A program made the translations under genes and the position numbers. This document shows positions 19,695 to 28,994 of a stretch of 64,000 nt of DNA, piece after piece. This DNA comes from an uncultured Mycoplasmatota bacterium (lineage in GTDB: Bacteria; Bacillota_I; Bacilli_A; RF39; UBA660): contig CANSRH010000003.1 in assembly GCA_947649365.1 (NCBI GenBank), positions 12,036 through 76,035 of the forward strand. Reading direction: 5' to 3'. How positions within the stretch are numbered: the stretch's first letter is position 1; every line of letters begins with the position of its first letter. The notes under the pieces are model-generated. The model had not been told where the DNA came from. It ran no database searches and saw only the letters and a program-made list of their open reading frames with translations.

Positions 19695-20531
19695 TTATTT
19701 TTTGTTTAATCTTAATGTAGTATCATCATCTGTTAGATTTGGCGTATTTTCTTTTCCAGTCGTTAATAAATAATGAGCATCAATTTTCTTACTCCAATCG
19801 TTTGTAACTTTTCCATTTAATCTTAATTGTTTAATTACTTCATTTGCTGCATCAATTACTAATTGAACTCCATCCATATCTTTGCTAAAATTTCTAGCTC
19901 GATTTTTCGGAATTCCTATTTTTGTTGCTAACTTTATCGCTTCAATTCCTTCAGCAAGTAAGAAAAATTCTCTTCCTTTTGCTAATTGGCTTTCAATAAG
20001 CGTTTTTAATTTTTCTGCAGCACCATATTTACTTTCATTATCTTCACCATCTGTTTCCATCAAGAAAAATACTTTTTCATTTGCATTTGGATATTTGGCG
20101 TCGAAATTGTTAATTTCCTCAATGGCAGTGTCATATAGTCTTGTATATCCAGATGTGTATATTGATATAGGTTTTGCATCTTTTGCTAATATATCGTTGT
20201 GTTCTTTTTTTGCAATACTATTAAATAAAACAGTTGTTATTCGAACATTGTAATTTTTTTGTTCATCTAACAATTTAACAATTGCTTGTTCGGTGGCAAG
20301 TTCTGTACCAGCCATAGACTGACTAATATCTAGTAACAGAATTGCATGCACTACTTGGCGCATTTCTGATGCAACAGTATCAATGTTTTCATAAACCATA
20401 GCATCGATATTTCCTAGTACATCTGTATAATCAATACTATCCGCTAAATCTGCTAAAGATGTATCTTCACTTAATGTAAGACTATTCTTATCTTGTATTT
20501 TCATATTTTCCAATTTCTCACTTAAATTCAT
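19695..20531 (-). CDS. von Willebrand factor A (vWA) domain protein, cytoplasmic
   Basis: MIDAS DxSxS (DISQSMAG) after a beta-strand (HAILLL), later ETDGEDNES (TDG-type motif); no signal peptide; GGGGAG RBS 6 nt before ATG. Confidence 0.7.
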   Translation of the reverse strand: MNLSEKLENMKIQDKNSLTLSEDTSLADLADSIDYTDVLGNIDAMVYENIDTVASEMRQVVHAILLLDISQSMAGTELATEQAIVKLLDEQKNYNVRITTVLFNSIAKKEHNDILAKDAKPISIYTSGYTRLYDTAIEEINNFDAKYPNANEKVFFLMETDGEDNESKYGAAEKLKTLIESQLAKGREFFLLAEGIEAIKLATKIGIPKNRARNFSKDMDGVQLVIDAANEVIKQLRLNGKVTNDWSKKIDAHYLLTTGKENTPNLTDDDTTLRLNKK

Positions 20532-20565
20532 AAAATTCTCCCCTTTGCTTTAAGTAATGTTTTTT

Positions 20566-20595
20566 ATTATAACCCCCCCCCCGACTTTTTGTCAA
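20566..20595 (-). promoter_or_regulatory. sigma-A-type promoter with homopolymeric G10 tract in the -35/-10 spacer (candidate phase-variation switch) for the vWA/J-domain operon
   Basis: minus strand reads TTGACA-aaaagtc-GGGGGGGGGG-t-TATAAT (18-nt spacer), then GGGGAG RBS and ATG at 20531. Confidence 0.6.
20573..20582. repeat. homopolymeric C10/G10 tract
   Basis: only G/C homopolymer longer than 5 nt noted in this AT-rich window. Confidence 0.95.
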
Positions 20596-20726
20596 ATTAC
20601 AAATTATGATGATTGTCAATAGATAATCAAAAAAAGAGACATGTCAAAAAAATTTTAGTGAAAAACTAAAATAAATAACCAATAAAGAAAAACTTTATTG
20701 CTAGAAATAGTATGAATTTTTATTTT

Positions 20727-20771
20727 GTTAGTCAAGGTTAAAAGAACTCACGATGTTCGCCCTTGACTAAC
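20727..20771. repeat. perfect 11-bp inverted repeat GTTAGTCAAGG-N23-CCTTGACTAAC
   Basis: seen directly; followed by T-run on the plus strand; lies between the phase-variable promoter and the upstream gene's terminator. Confidence 0.8.
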
Positions 20772-20890
20772 TTTTTATAAATTAAAAATCTATAAAATTC
20801 TCTAGCTTTTTTACTAAGTATTTTTCTGGTACTCCTCATATTTTTTAAAATAGATTATCGCTCACATACTAAACTTATTTACAAAAGAAA

Positions 20891-20919
20891 AGACTGTTGA
20901 CTTTATTTGTCAACAGTCT
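20891..20919 (-). terminator. rho-independent terminator of the thioredoxin-like gene
   Basis: AGACTGTTGAC-tttattt-GTCAACAGTCT, T-rich on minus strand. Confidence 0.6.
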
Positions 20920-20936
20920 AAAGAAATAGGTGTTCC

Positions 20937-21620
20937 CTATTTCTTTTTATTATTTTTTGTATTTGAATTTTTATTTTCTTCTTTTTTTGTTTCTTTTTGT
21001 ACTTTTCCAAGTAATTCTTCTATTTTTCTTTGAGTTTCTTGATGTTTTACATTAACAAATGCTAATATTATTCCTGTACCAATTGTAATGAATACAAAAT
21101 TCCAAATTATGCTTGTTGAACTACTTCCCCCAGTTGTTTTTTTCTCTTCCTTTTTCATTTCGTTCATAACATCGAACTTGTCTTTGCTATCGTATTGCTC
21201 TTTGATTGCACTTTTTATTTGCTCATTATAGTTTTCTGTATAACCTACAAATGTTTTATCTCCAATGACAATAAATGGTACACCGCCTACACTTTCGTCT
21301 AAAAAGTTGGCTACTTTTTTCATTAATTTAGAATTATCAGAATTGTTCCATATTTCATAAGCTTGTAATTTGAAATACTCTCCATATTCAGGAACGATAC
21401 TTGCTAAATATTCTAGAAATTTATGACAATATCCACATGTTTCTCCCATAAATAAATAAATGGTTGTTTGTTTGTCACTTTCTTTGTAATTTTTCAAATC
21501 TGCTTCTATATTTACAGCTTTTAGCGTTTCTTCTAAATTTGTTGCTTTTTCAGCAGCACGTATTTGGAATGGACATAACATAACGATTAATAATGCTATA
21601 CCAATGATTTTCTTTTTCAT
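20937..21620 (-). CDS. thioredoxin-fold protein with CGYC active-site motif, signal peptide and C-terminal TM anchor
   Basis: FMGETCGYCHKFL; N-terminal signal, C-terminal hydrophobic helix, Lys-rich tail. Confidence 0.45.
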   Translation of the reverse strand: MKKKIIGIALLIVMLCPFQIRAAEKATNLEETLKAVNIEADLKNYKESDKQTTIYLFMGETCGYCHKFLEYLASIVPEYGEYFKLQAYEIWNNSDNSKLMKKVANFLDESVGGVPFIVIGDKTFVGYTENYNEQIKSAIKEQYDSKDKFDVMNEMKKEEKKTTGGSSSTSIIWNFVFITIGTGIILAFVNVKHQETQRKIEELLGKVQKETKKEENKNSNTKNNKKK

Positions 21621-21882
21621 TTTAACTCCTCCTTGTGTAAATCTGTATTACACTTTTTTATTTCTCATTTATTATACACAATTCCATTAAAAAAAGCAAT
21701 TTCTATTCAAAATAACAAAATTTGTCTATTCTTTTTGATGGCATTTTTTATTGTTACTACTAGCACATTTTCGTTTTTTAATATGTTTTACTTCAACTAT
21801 TGTTAAGAAGATTGAATAAAAAATAAGCATTATTCTGCTTTTATAATGCTTGTATATAGATTAAAAAAAATCAAGAATTACT

Positions 21883-22923
21883 TCATTGCTCTCCATTTCT
21901 TTCTTCATCAATAATTGGTTTTATTTCTTTGGCATGTTTTTTTTTCATCCACTGCTTTCCATAATCTATTATTTGTATAAAACAAATGGTTGAGAAAACA
22001 ACTGCTATGTACTGAATCATACTATTTTTTACTAGAATAGATTCTAAATGAATTTTTTTGGCAATAAAACGATTCACAACTATAAAAAATGGATGCAAAA
22101 TATAAATCCAAGTGGCTAAATTTCTTTGTTTTGAACTGGTACGATTTTTGATTTGGATAAGAAATAAAAATAATAGGTAACTTAGTGTAATTAAACTAAT
22201 GTACATACTACTATGTTTTTGTTTTTCATAAAAATATAAAAGTGTTCCTTCTACTATTAATAAAATAAAATTTAAAACTAACAACACTTTATGTTTGTTT
22301 TCTATTTTGATTTCTTTTTGTGAAATTAAATACCCGATTCCTAAAAAGATTGGAGTATAAAATATTCCATTTCTAGTGTAATCAAACAAAGAAAAGATAA
22401 AGTGATAAATAGGTTCTAGGAAGGAAATATCTTTTATGAAACCATAATAACTATCTCCAAATAAACCTATACTATATAAAAGAAGAAAACTACTTATTTT
22501 TATTTTGTTATTTTTTATTTTTAATAGAAAATAAGTTATCCAAAGTCCTAATAGTAAAGCTGGGAAATACCATAGATGATAAAACGTTCCGTTGATAAAA
22601 ATATCTTTTAGAATCCCTATCCAACTTGTGTTAGTAAAATAATGGTTATAGAGATTTAATGGGAGAAAAATGAGTATGCTTATTGCATATATTTTGGCAA
22701 TTTTTAAAGTATATTTTTTGAGTGTCTCTTTGTTTTTTAAGGAAGCAGGTATTATAAAATAGCCTGTTACCATTAAAAAAAATGGTACAGCAATTCGAAA
22801 TAATACTCTTGTTATTATATAATCTATATTTTCATTGATGGTTGTTAATGGATAGGTATGAATCGCTACGATCATCAGTGCTGCTATGATTCGAAAAGTG
22901 TCAATGGTTATTTTCTTTTTCAT
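21883..22923 (-). CDS. acyltransferase family 3 (membrane O-acyltransferase)
   Basis: about 10 TM; N-terminal RIIAALMIVAIHTYP motif typical of acyltransferase_3. Confidence 0.65.
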   Translation of the reverse strand: MKKKITIDTFRIIAALMIVAIHTYPLTTINENIDYIITRVLFRIAVPFFLMVTGYFIIPASLKNKETLKKYTLKIAKIYAISILIFLPLNLYNHYFTNTSWIGILKDIFINGTFYHLWYFPALLLGLWITYFLLKIKNNKIKISSFLLLYSIGLFGDSYYGFIKDISFLEPIYHFIFSLFDYTRNGIFYTPIFLGIGYLISQKEIKIENKHKVLLVLNFILLIVEGTLLYFYEKQKHSSMYISLITLSYLLFLFLIQIKNRTSSKQRNLATWIYILHPFFIVVNRFIAKKIHLESILVKNSMIQYIAVVFSTICFIQIIDYGKQWMKKKHAKEIKPIIDEERNGEQ

Positions 22924-22979
22924 AAAATCTCCTCTTTATTATTATGAAACATTCTTTTTCATTTATTATGTTATCTTTT

Positions 22980-24032
22980 TTAACTAAATTTTTCAATATC
23001 ATCAATATTTGCAGCGAAATAAGGTAACTCTTTCTCTTTTTCTTTTAAAAATAAGACAAAGTCTTTGTCAAAATGAAATTTACGTTGGAATGTATCCTGT
23101 GATGTAATTGAGTTTTTTGCATGCATACCAGCTTCACTTTTTAGTTTTCCACCTTGTTCGTTAAGGTCAAAAGATATCGTTTGCAATGCTTTTTCAATCC
23201 AATATTCTTCTCCGTTTGCAAAAGTAAAGATTTTCTTTTCTAATTCTGTAAATTCGTTTTTTAATTTTATATTTAAGTAAGGCACTTTTAAGGTATCACC
23301 TTTGGTAAATGCTTTTGTTTCTGTTTTACTTTTTTCTTCTACTTCATCCCATATTTCTTTAAAGTTCGTTTTTTCTGCTCCTCGAAGAAGTATGATTTCT
23401 TCGTCTTCTTGCGTTTTTAACAAGATGGCAAATTCGTTTTCATTGTTATAATAAAGAACATTTACTTGGTTATATGTTTCTTCATTTGTACTATTATCGA
23501 TTCCAAAATATTTTACATTTTTTGTGTTTTTAAAGTTTCCTTTTTCTAGTTTTGTAAAGACTTTTGGAAATTGAAATTCCTTTTTCAACATGGTATATAA
23601 AAAGTAATCTTCTGTTTTTCCTTCTGTCCATTCAAAATCGTCTAAAATGGTACTGGTTTCGTTCCATTTCTTTTTTATTTCTTCTTCAATTTCTTTTTTT
23701 AAGTCTAGTGTTGCTAGTCCATATTTTTTTATATAACTACTTTCTTTTAAATTGTCTTTCGTAAAGGTTCCTTTGTTTAAATTTTCTATGCTTTGTGTTT
23801 GTGGATGGAATACTATTTCTTGTTTGACAATTTCTTCTTTTAAATCATTCCATAGCAAGTTGAATGTTCCACACCAAATGGAATTTTTTGTAATGTTGTC
23901 TTCTAATGAAAGTACTACATCGATGTCACTTGGATGATATTCCTGTTTTTTTATTTCTTTGAATGTATAAGCTCCTATTACCATTACCAATAAAAGTGCT
24001 CCTAGAATTGGTTTGATTCTTTCTTTTTTCAT
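22980..24032 (-). CDS. hypothetical secreted protein
   Basis: signal peptide then Lys/Glu-rich 330-aa domain. Confidence 0.45.
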   Translation of the reverse strand: MKKERIKPILGALLLVMVIGAYTFKEIKKQEYHPSDIDVVLSLEDNITKNSIWCGTFNLLWNDLKEEIVKQEIVFHPQTQSIENLNKGTFTKDNLKESSYIKKYGLATLDLKKEIEEEIKKKWNETSTILDDFEWTEGKTEDYFLYTMLKKEFQFPKVFTKLEKGNFKNTKNVKYFGIDNSTNEETYNQVNVLYYNNENEFAILLKTQEDEEIILLRGAEKTNFKEIWDEVEEKSKTETKAFTKGDTLKVPYLNIKLKNEFTELEKKIFTFANGEEYWIEKALQTISFDLNEQGGKLKSEAGMHAKNSITSQDTFQRKFHFDKDFVLFLKEKEKELPYFAANIDDIEKFS

Positions 24033-24077
24033 TTTTCTTTTCCTTTCTTTTTTTCATTATATCATAACTAAAAGACT

Positions 24078-24434
24078 CTATTTAAAAGTACAGGTGCCTT
24101 GATTTTCTTTAAAATACTCTTCTATCGCTTTTATTAAAGATGCAGCTTTGTTATACGTTTTTGCATTTATTTTTTCTTCTATGAATGTACTTCCTCCTGC
24201 CATACGAATAATGTTGTTTTTATCGTATTCAATTTTATAGGTATATGTTTCGTTATTTATCTTACATTCTATATTTGTTTCTGTCATTTCACCTTTTTGT
24301 TTTAAAAAATAGTTTCCTCCAAAGCTTAATACGATAACGAATAGTATCACCATTCCGAGTCTTTTTAAAATGGTTGATCCCCATTTGTTCGTATTTTTTT
24401 TCTTTTTTAATTGTTCTTTTTCTTCTAATTTCAT
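24078..24434 (-). CDS. hypothetical small membrane-anchored protein
   Basis: 118 aa, one TM. Confidence 0.35.
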   Translation of the reverse strand: MKLEEKEQLKKKKNTNKWGSTILKRLGMVILFVIVLSFGGNYFLKQKGEMTETNIECKINNETYTYKIEYDKNNIIRMAGGSTFIEEKINAKTYNKAASLIKAIEEYFKENQGTCTFK

Positions 24435-24779
24435 TTTTCTTCTTCTCTTTTCTTTCGCTATTTGTTTCTTTTATTTTATCAAATTCTTTCTGAAAATGTC
24501 ATATTAAAAAAATAAACTTTTTATCGTTTATTTCGTTTTATTTTTTCTTTGTTTCTTCTTCCAATTATGGAATGACGATTTATTATTTTTTCAATTTCTC
24601 CACCTAAATAAAAATTATCTCTTCCATCTGTTAATATTTCGATTTTATTATCATTTTTTCTTGTAATAATAGCATAAGAATCTATTCTTTTTTTTATATT
24701 GAATATTTTCTTCTCTATGATTAATATATTTCATGTGTACCTCCACTTTTGTTTAATCTAAACGATATACTTACTAACA

Positions 24780-25373
24780 CTAATTCTTGTTTATATAATC
24801 ATAAATATCTTTCCAATTATCAAAGGATATTATTGTGCTATCTTTTACTTTGTACTTATTGAATAATATTGTTTTTATTCCACATTTTTCCACATCTAAA
24901 CAATTACTAATATTATCATCTATAAATAAATCTATTTTTTCTTGTCTACAAATTTCACCTTTTTTTCTAGCATTGACAATTAATTTATCATAATAAATAT
25001 TGTTTTTTTTTAACCATATTTCACTTTGTTTATATGGATTATCATGAAATTCTAAATCTCTTGCTGTAATAATTATTATTTTATGACCAGCTAAATGAAG
25101 TGATTCTATTATTTCGGAAGTAAAGGATCTTGGATTAGCGTTGTCAGTAATACTTTCTTGTATGTCTCTTAAAAAATATTTCAGTTCTTCATAATTGAAT
25201 CCAAATATTTTTTGATATTTATTACCATCGTTGTTATAATCTATAGATTCAAAATATTGAGTATTTATTGTTTTACCTAAACTTTTTGCAAAAATATGTG
25301 CCGCATTCATTAAATCATCTTCAATATCAGTAAGTGTGTTATCTATATCAATTCCAATTCTCAAATTTATCAC
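24780..25373 (-). CDS. HAD-superfamily hydrolase, 5-prime(3-prime)-deoxyribonucleotidase-like
   Basis: HAD motif I IDIDNTL near N-terminus; about 197 aa. Confidence 0.45.
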   Translation of the reverse strand: MINLRIGIDIDNTLTDIEDDLMNAAHIFAKSLGKTINTQYFESIDYNNDGNKYQKIFGFNYEELKYFLRDIQESITDNANPRSFTSEIIESLHLAGHKIIIITARDLEFHDNPYKQSEIWLKKNNIYYDKLIVNARKKGEICRQEKIDLFIDDNISNCLDVEKCGIKTILFNKYKVKDSTIISFDNWKDIYDYINKN

Positions 25374-25543
25374 CTTGCTTTCAAATTTTTATTTCTAAAT
25401 AATTTTTTCCATAATCAATTGTATCAAATATTTAAATACTTTTTCATACTGTATATTTTTACATTTTTAATTCATATTGTCATTAAACCATTATGCATAA
25501 ATTACAATAGGATATGAGAAAACACCACAAAATCTTGTAATCC

Positions 25544-25734
25544 TTATAAATAAAGATTTCTAGATAATTTTTCGTGCACCACGAAGTATTTCGCAATTGC
25601 GTAAATTTGGACAACAATATTCCACATTCCCATTTGGAAACACTTTGTCTGGATACCCCAACACGCTCTGCTAATTCCTCTTGTGATATTTTTTTACTAG
25701 CTCGTAGTTTTTTTAAATTTTCACCAAAATTCAT
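25544..25734 (-). pseudogene. XRE-family helix-turn-helix regulator, apparently frameshifted
   Basis: MNFGENLKKLRASKKISQEELAERVGVSRQSVSKWE.G then implausible Trp/Cys-rich tail; a shifted frame reads NIVVQIYAIAKYFVVHEKLSRNLYL*, resembling the canonical HTH_XRE C-terminus. Confidence 0.4.
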
Positions 25735-25826
25735 TAGATTTCCTCCTTTTCTAGAAGAAGTGTATTCTTGTTTACTATTTATCTCTACCAACTTTCGGTT
25801 GCATGGTTTCCTTTTTGCGAATTTTT

Positions 25827-26516
25827 TTAATTCCTATTCGGATTTGTGTATCCATTTCTGTCATTTGTAATGTCTCCACTTCCATTTATGGGAATGGTAT
25901 CTCCTAAATAGGTTGGTTTGGGTTTTAAGATACTATAAAAAAAGTCTTTGTTTCTAGCAATAATTTCTCTTAATTCTCTTTTGCTTTGACCAGCATACAC
26001 TCTTAAGTCGGCTGGTATTCCTATTGCTTCTAGTCCAAGTTGATTGGCAATGTATAAAGCTCGATACAAATGGTATTTTTGAGTGACAATGATTATTTTT
26101 TTTACGCCAAAAATTTCTTTTGCTCGATAAAGACTTTCATAGGAAGAAAAACCTGCATGATCCATAAAGATTGCTTCTGAAGGAATTCCTTTTTCGATAG
26201 CAAAGTTTTTCATCACATTTACTTCATCGTAGTATTTGCTTCCATGGTCTCCACTCATTATTATTTTTTTTGCTGCTTTTTTTTCATATAGAGAAATTGC
26301 TTTTTGTAGTCGATCTTCTAGCATCGGACTGGGAGAGTTTCTATAAATGCCTGCCCCTAAAACCAAAATGGCATCATAATTTTTTACTTTTTCATCGAAA
26401 ACAATTTGATTTTTTGTTGTTATTTTTACTATTTCATTGATAGAAATAAGAAATAACATTCCTATTCCAATTAGAATTCCTAGACTTATTCCTACTTTTT
26501 TTAATCTTTTTTTCAT
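25827..26516 (-). CDS. SanA/YdcF (DUF218) family membrane protein
   Basis: N-terminal TM; AILVLGAGIY...RL; IIMSGDHG. Confidence 0.6.
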   Translation of the reverse strand: MKKRLKKVGISLGILIGIGMLFLISINEIVKITTKNQIVFDEKVKNYDAILVLGAGIYRNSPSPMLEDRLQKAISLYEKKAAKKIIMSGDHGSKYYDEVNVMKNFAIEKGIPSEAIFMDHAGFSSYESLYRAKEIFGVKKIIIVTQKYHLYRALYIANQLGLEAIGIPADLRVYAGQSKRELREIIARNKDFFYSILKPKPTYLGDTIPINGSGDITNDRNGYTNPNRN

Positions 26517-26528
26517 TTTCTACTCTTT

Positions 26529-28355
26529 CTAGTTTTTGATTTTATTTTCTATCCATTCGGTATACTCTTCGATTCCATTTTTTGATTTGTTTTTCTCAAG
26601 TGTTTTTTTGGCAAGCGTTATATTGTCTGTAATGAGATTGTCTACTTTTAAATCAATCATCTTTTGCATTTTTTCTTCTGTATTGATTGTCCATGCAAAT
26701 ATTTTTTTATTTTCTTTATGAATACGCTTGACTAAATTTTCAGTGATGCTAGAAGCTTCTATGCTAAAGTGGTCAGCAGAAGTTAATTTTGTTATATCTC
26801 CATAAGCAAAGCTCATTACATAAAGTGTTGTTATGTTGCTATCTTCTTTTTTAACGTTTTCTAAAACGCTGTAAATTTGAGAGGCAATGACACAATTTTC
26901 TTCAAATTTTGCTTCTTTTATAAGAGTGATTACTTGTTTTTCAAATTCTATTTCGTTTCCATTTGGCTTTAATTCTATGTTTAGTTTGATTCCGTTTTCT
27001 TTGGCAAAGGTAAGAACCTCTTTTAATAAAGGGATTTTTTCTTCTTTAAATTCATCACTTAAAAAACTTCCTATATCTAAACTCGCTATTTCTTCATAGA
27101 GTACTTCCCATGTATATTTGTTGATTCCTGTTGTTCTTTTTAAATTGCTGTCATGCATAACAATTATTTCTCCATCTTTAGTTTGTTGTACATCGAGTTC
27201 TATCCAATCTGCTCCAAATTCTTTAGCACCTTGAAAAGCTTTCATGGTGTTTTCTGGATATTCTTTGGATGCACCTCGGTGAGCAGTTATTTCTATAGAA
27301 TCTATTTGTTTTTTTGGAAGTTTTATTTCTCCTGTGTAGATTCTATAAGTAAATATGGTCCCTACAATAAATGCAATTGTACATAAAACGATGGTTCCTT
27401 TTTTTATTCGGCGATTTTCTTTACTTTCTCCTTTTTCTTCTATATGTATGTGATTTATTTTTTCTTGTTTTTCTATTTTGTGAAAATAGTAAAGAACACT
27501 AATGGTTGCATAGCTTAGTGGAGTTGCTAAAACCATCATTAAAAGCGAGGTTGCTAGAACAAAACTTCCTATCAAAGTAGTTGTTATACTTTTTAATAGT
27601 AATTCTTTTTGTAAAACATGGTCTAAAAAAAGAATAAGGGTTATTCCTAACATTAAAAATAAAATATAAGATAAAACATTTATTAGTTGAATTAGAAATA
27701 AAGTGAAAACGTCTTTTATATGTTTCTTTTTTCCTAAAACTTTACTTTTTCGTCTTGCTTCTTTGAAACTACAATTTTCTAATAAAAAGTAATGAATGGC
27801 ATACATCCATTTTAAAAGTAGAATCGTAAAAAATAAAAATAATGCTATAGCGAAACAAAACCATTCTTTGTTTTTTACTATGTATTCTAAAATGAATTCA
27901 GGAATGGGTATGGTTGAGATAAAACTAGAAGATATTCCGATAGGTATGAATGGGATAAGAAATAAAACAAGAAATGCCATAGGAATATTTTTGATTCGTA
28001 TAACATCTTGACATTTTTTTAATGAAATACGTACAGCATCGATGGTTTTTATTTTTTTGTTGTTCCAAGAACTATCTAAAATAATTATTATGGTAGTAAT
28101 ATCAAAAAGTGTGTAGCACATCATTAAAAGAATTAGAATCAATAGTAAGAGAATGGTTAGAGGATTTAGAAAAAAGGCAGGAATATTTTCTAGTGTTAAG
28201 TATTGATATCCTCTAATGTCCATAATTAAGTTAAATAATTTTAAAAAGAAAGGAGTAAATAGAAAAATAGTACATAGTTTAAATATACTTTCAAATATAA
28301 TTAACGTTTTACTATTGATTTTAATCATTTCCATTACTTTTTTTACTTTTTTCAT
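26529..28355 (-). CDS. multi-TM membrane protein with C-terminal glycerophosphodiester phosphodiesterase (GDPD) domain
   Basis: ITAHRGASKEYPENTMKAFQGAKEFGADWIELDVQQTKDGEIIVMHD in C-terminal third; about 7 TM helices N-terminal. Confidence 0.7.
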   Translation of the reverse strand: MKKVKKVMEMIKINSKTLIIFESIFKLCTIFLFTPFFLKLFNLIMDIRGYQYLTLENIPAFFLNPLTILLLLILILLMMCYTLFDITTIIIILDSSWNNKKIKTIDAVRISLKKCQDVIRIKNIPMAFLVLFLIPFIPIGISSSFISTIPIPEFILEYIVKNKEWFCFAIALFLFFTILLLKWMYAIHYFLLENCSFKEARRKSKVLGKKKHIKDVFTLFLIQLINVLSYILFLMLGITLILFLDHVLQKELLLKSITTTLIGSFVLATSLLMMVLATPLSYATISVLYYFHKIEKQEKINHIHIEEKGESKENRRIKKGTIVLCTIAFIVGTIFTYRIYTGEIKLPKKQIDSIEITAHRGASKEYPENTMKAFQGAKEFGADWIELDVQQTKDGEIIVMHDSNLKRTTGINKYTWEVLYEEIASLDIGSFLSDEFKEEKIPLLKEVLTFAKENGIKLNIELKPNGNEIEFEKQVITLIKEAKFEENCVIASQIYSVLENVKKEDSNITTLYVMSFAYGDITKLTSADHFSIEASSITENLVKRIHKENKKIFAWTINTEEKMQKMIDLKVDNLITDNITLAKKTLEKNKSKNGIEEYTEWIENKIKN

Positions 28356-28456
28356 AAAAATAAACTCTTTTCTACTTTTATATTTATTTTACCTTTCTTG
28401 TTCTTTTTTGTCTATTTTTTTAGTGCAAAAGAAAAAAGACAATTTTGCCTTTTCTC

Positions 28457-28870
28457 TTATTTAATTTCAATTTGTTTTCTTTCCATTTCTTTTTGTTCTT
28501 CTTTTATAGGGATTTCTATTTTTAGTAACCCTTCTTTAAATTGTGCTTCGATTTCTTCTTCTTTTATAGTATCTCCAATATAAAATTTTCTAGAACATTC
28601 GCCAAAAAATCGCTCTTGATGAAGAAATTTTTCTTCCTCTTTGTTTTCTTCTTGCTTTATTTCAGCATGAATTTCTAAATAACCATTGTTTAATGATAAG
28701 TTAATGTTTTCTTTGCTGAATCCTGGTAAATCAATAGCAATTTCATAACTATTTTTCTTTTCTATTATATCGGTTTTCATGAAATTTTGTTCTCTTTTGG
28801 TAAAGAAATCATCATTTCCAAAAAAATTATCGAATACATCATAATTGTTTTTTCTAGGTAGTAACATCAT
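28457..28870 (-). CDS. Hsp20/alpha-crystallin family small heat shock protein
   Basis: DIIEKKNSYEIAIDLPGFSKENINLSL..GYLEI. Confidence 0.75.
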   Translation of the reverse strand: MMLLPRKNNYDVFDNFFGNDDFFTKREQNFMKTDIIEKKNSYEIAIDLPGFSKENINLSLNNGYLEIHAEIKQEENKEEEKFLHQERFFGECSRKFYIGDTIKEEEIEAQFKEGLLKIEIPIKEEQKEMERKQIEIK

Positions 28871-28994
28871 ACGAATCCTCTTCCTTTCTTTTTTCTATTT
28901 CTAAAGAGTAATCGTTAGTAAACTTTTCGTTATACCAATTTTTTATTAAGGAAGCATATATTCGCTTCCCTATTTTTATTGTATCCAATTTTTT

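Noticed and set aside
20741-20760. GAACTCACGATGTTCG as a LexA box
   Set aside because: Half-sites are separated by 7 nt rather than the 4 nt of the Cheo box.
22980-24032. Possible serpin-like secreted protein
   Set aside because: A few C-terminal strings (FHFDKDFVLFLKE; LNEQGGKLKSEAG) loosely recall serpin s5A/RCL-hinge motifs. The N-terminal serpin signatures are absent. Resemblance judged too weak, so left as hypothetical secreted protein.
24435-24779. Possible small minus-strand gene in the 345-bp gap
   Set aside because: Best frame gives an Arg/Lys/Ile-rich peptide without an ATG or RBS. No support.
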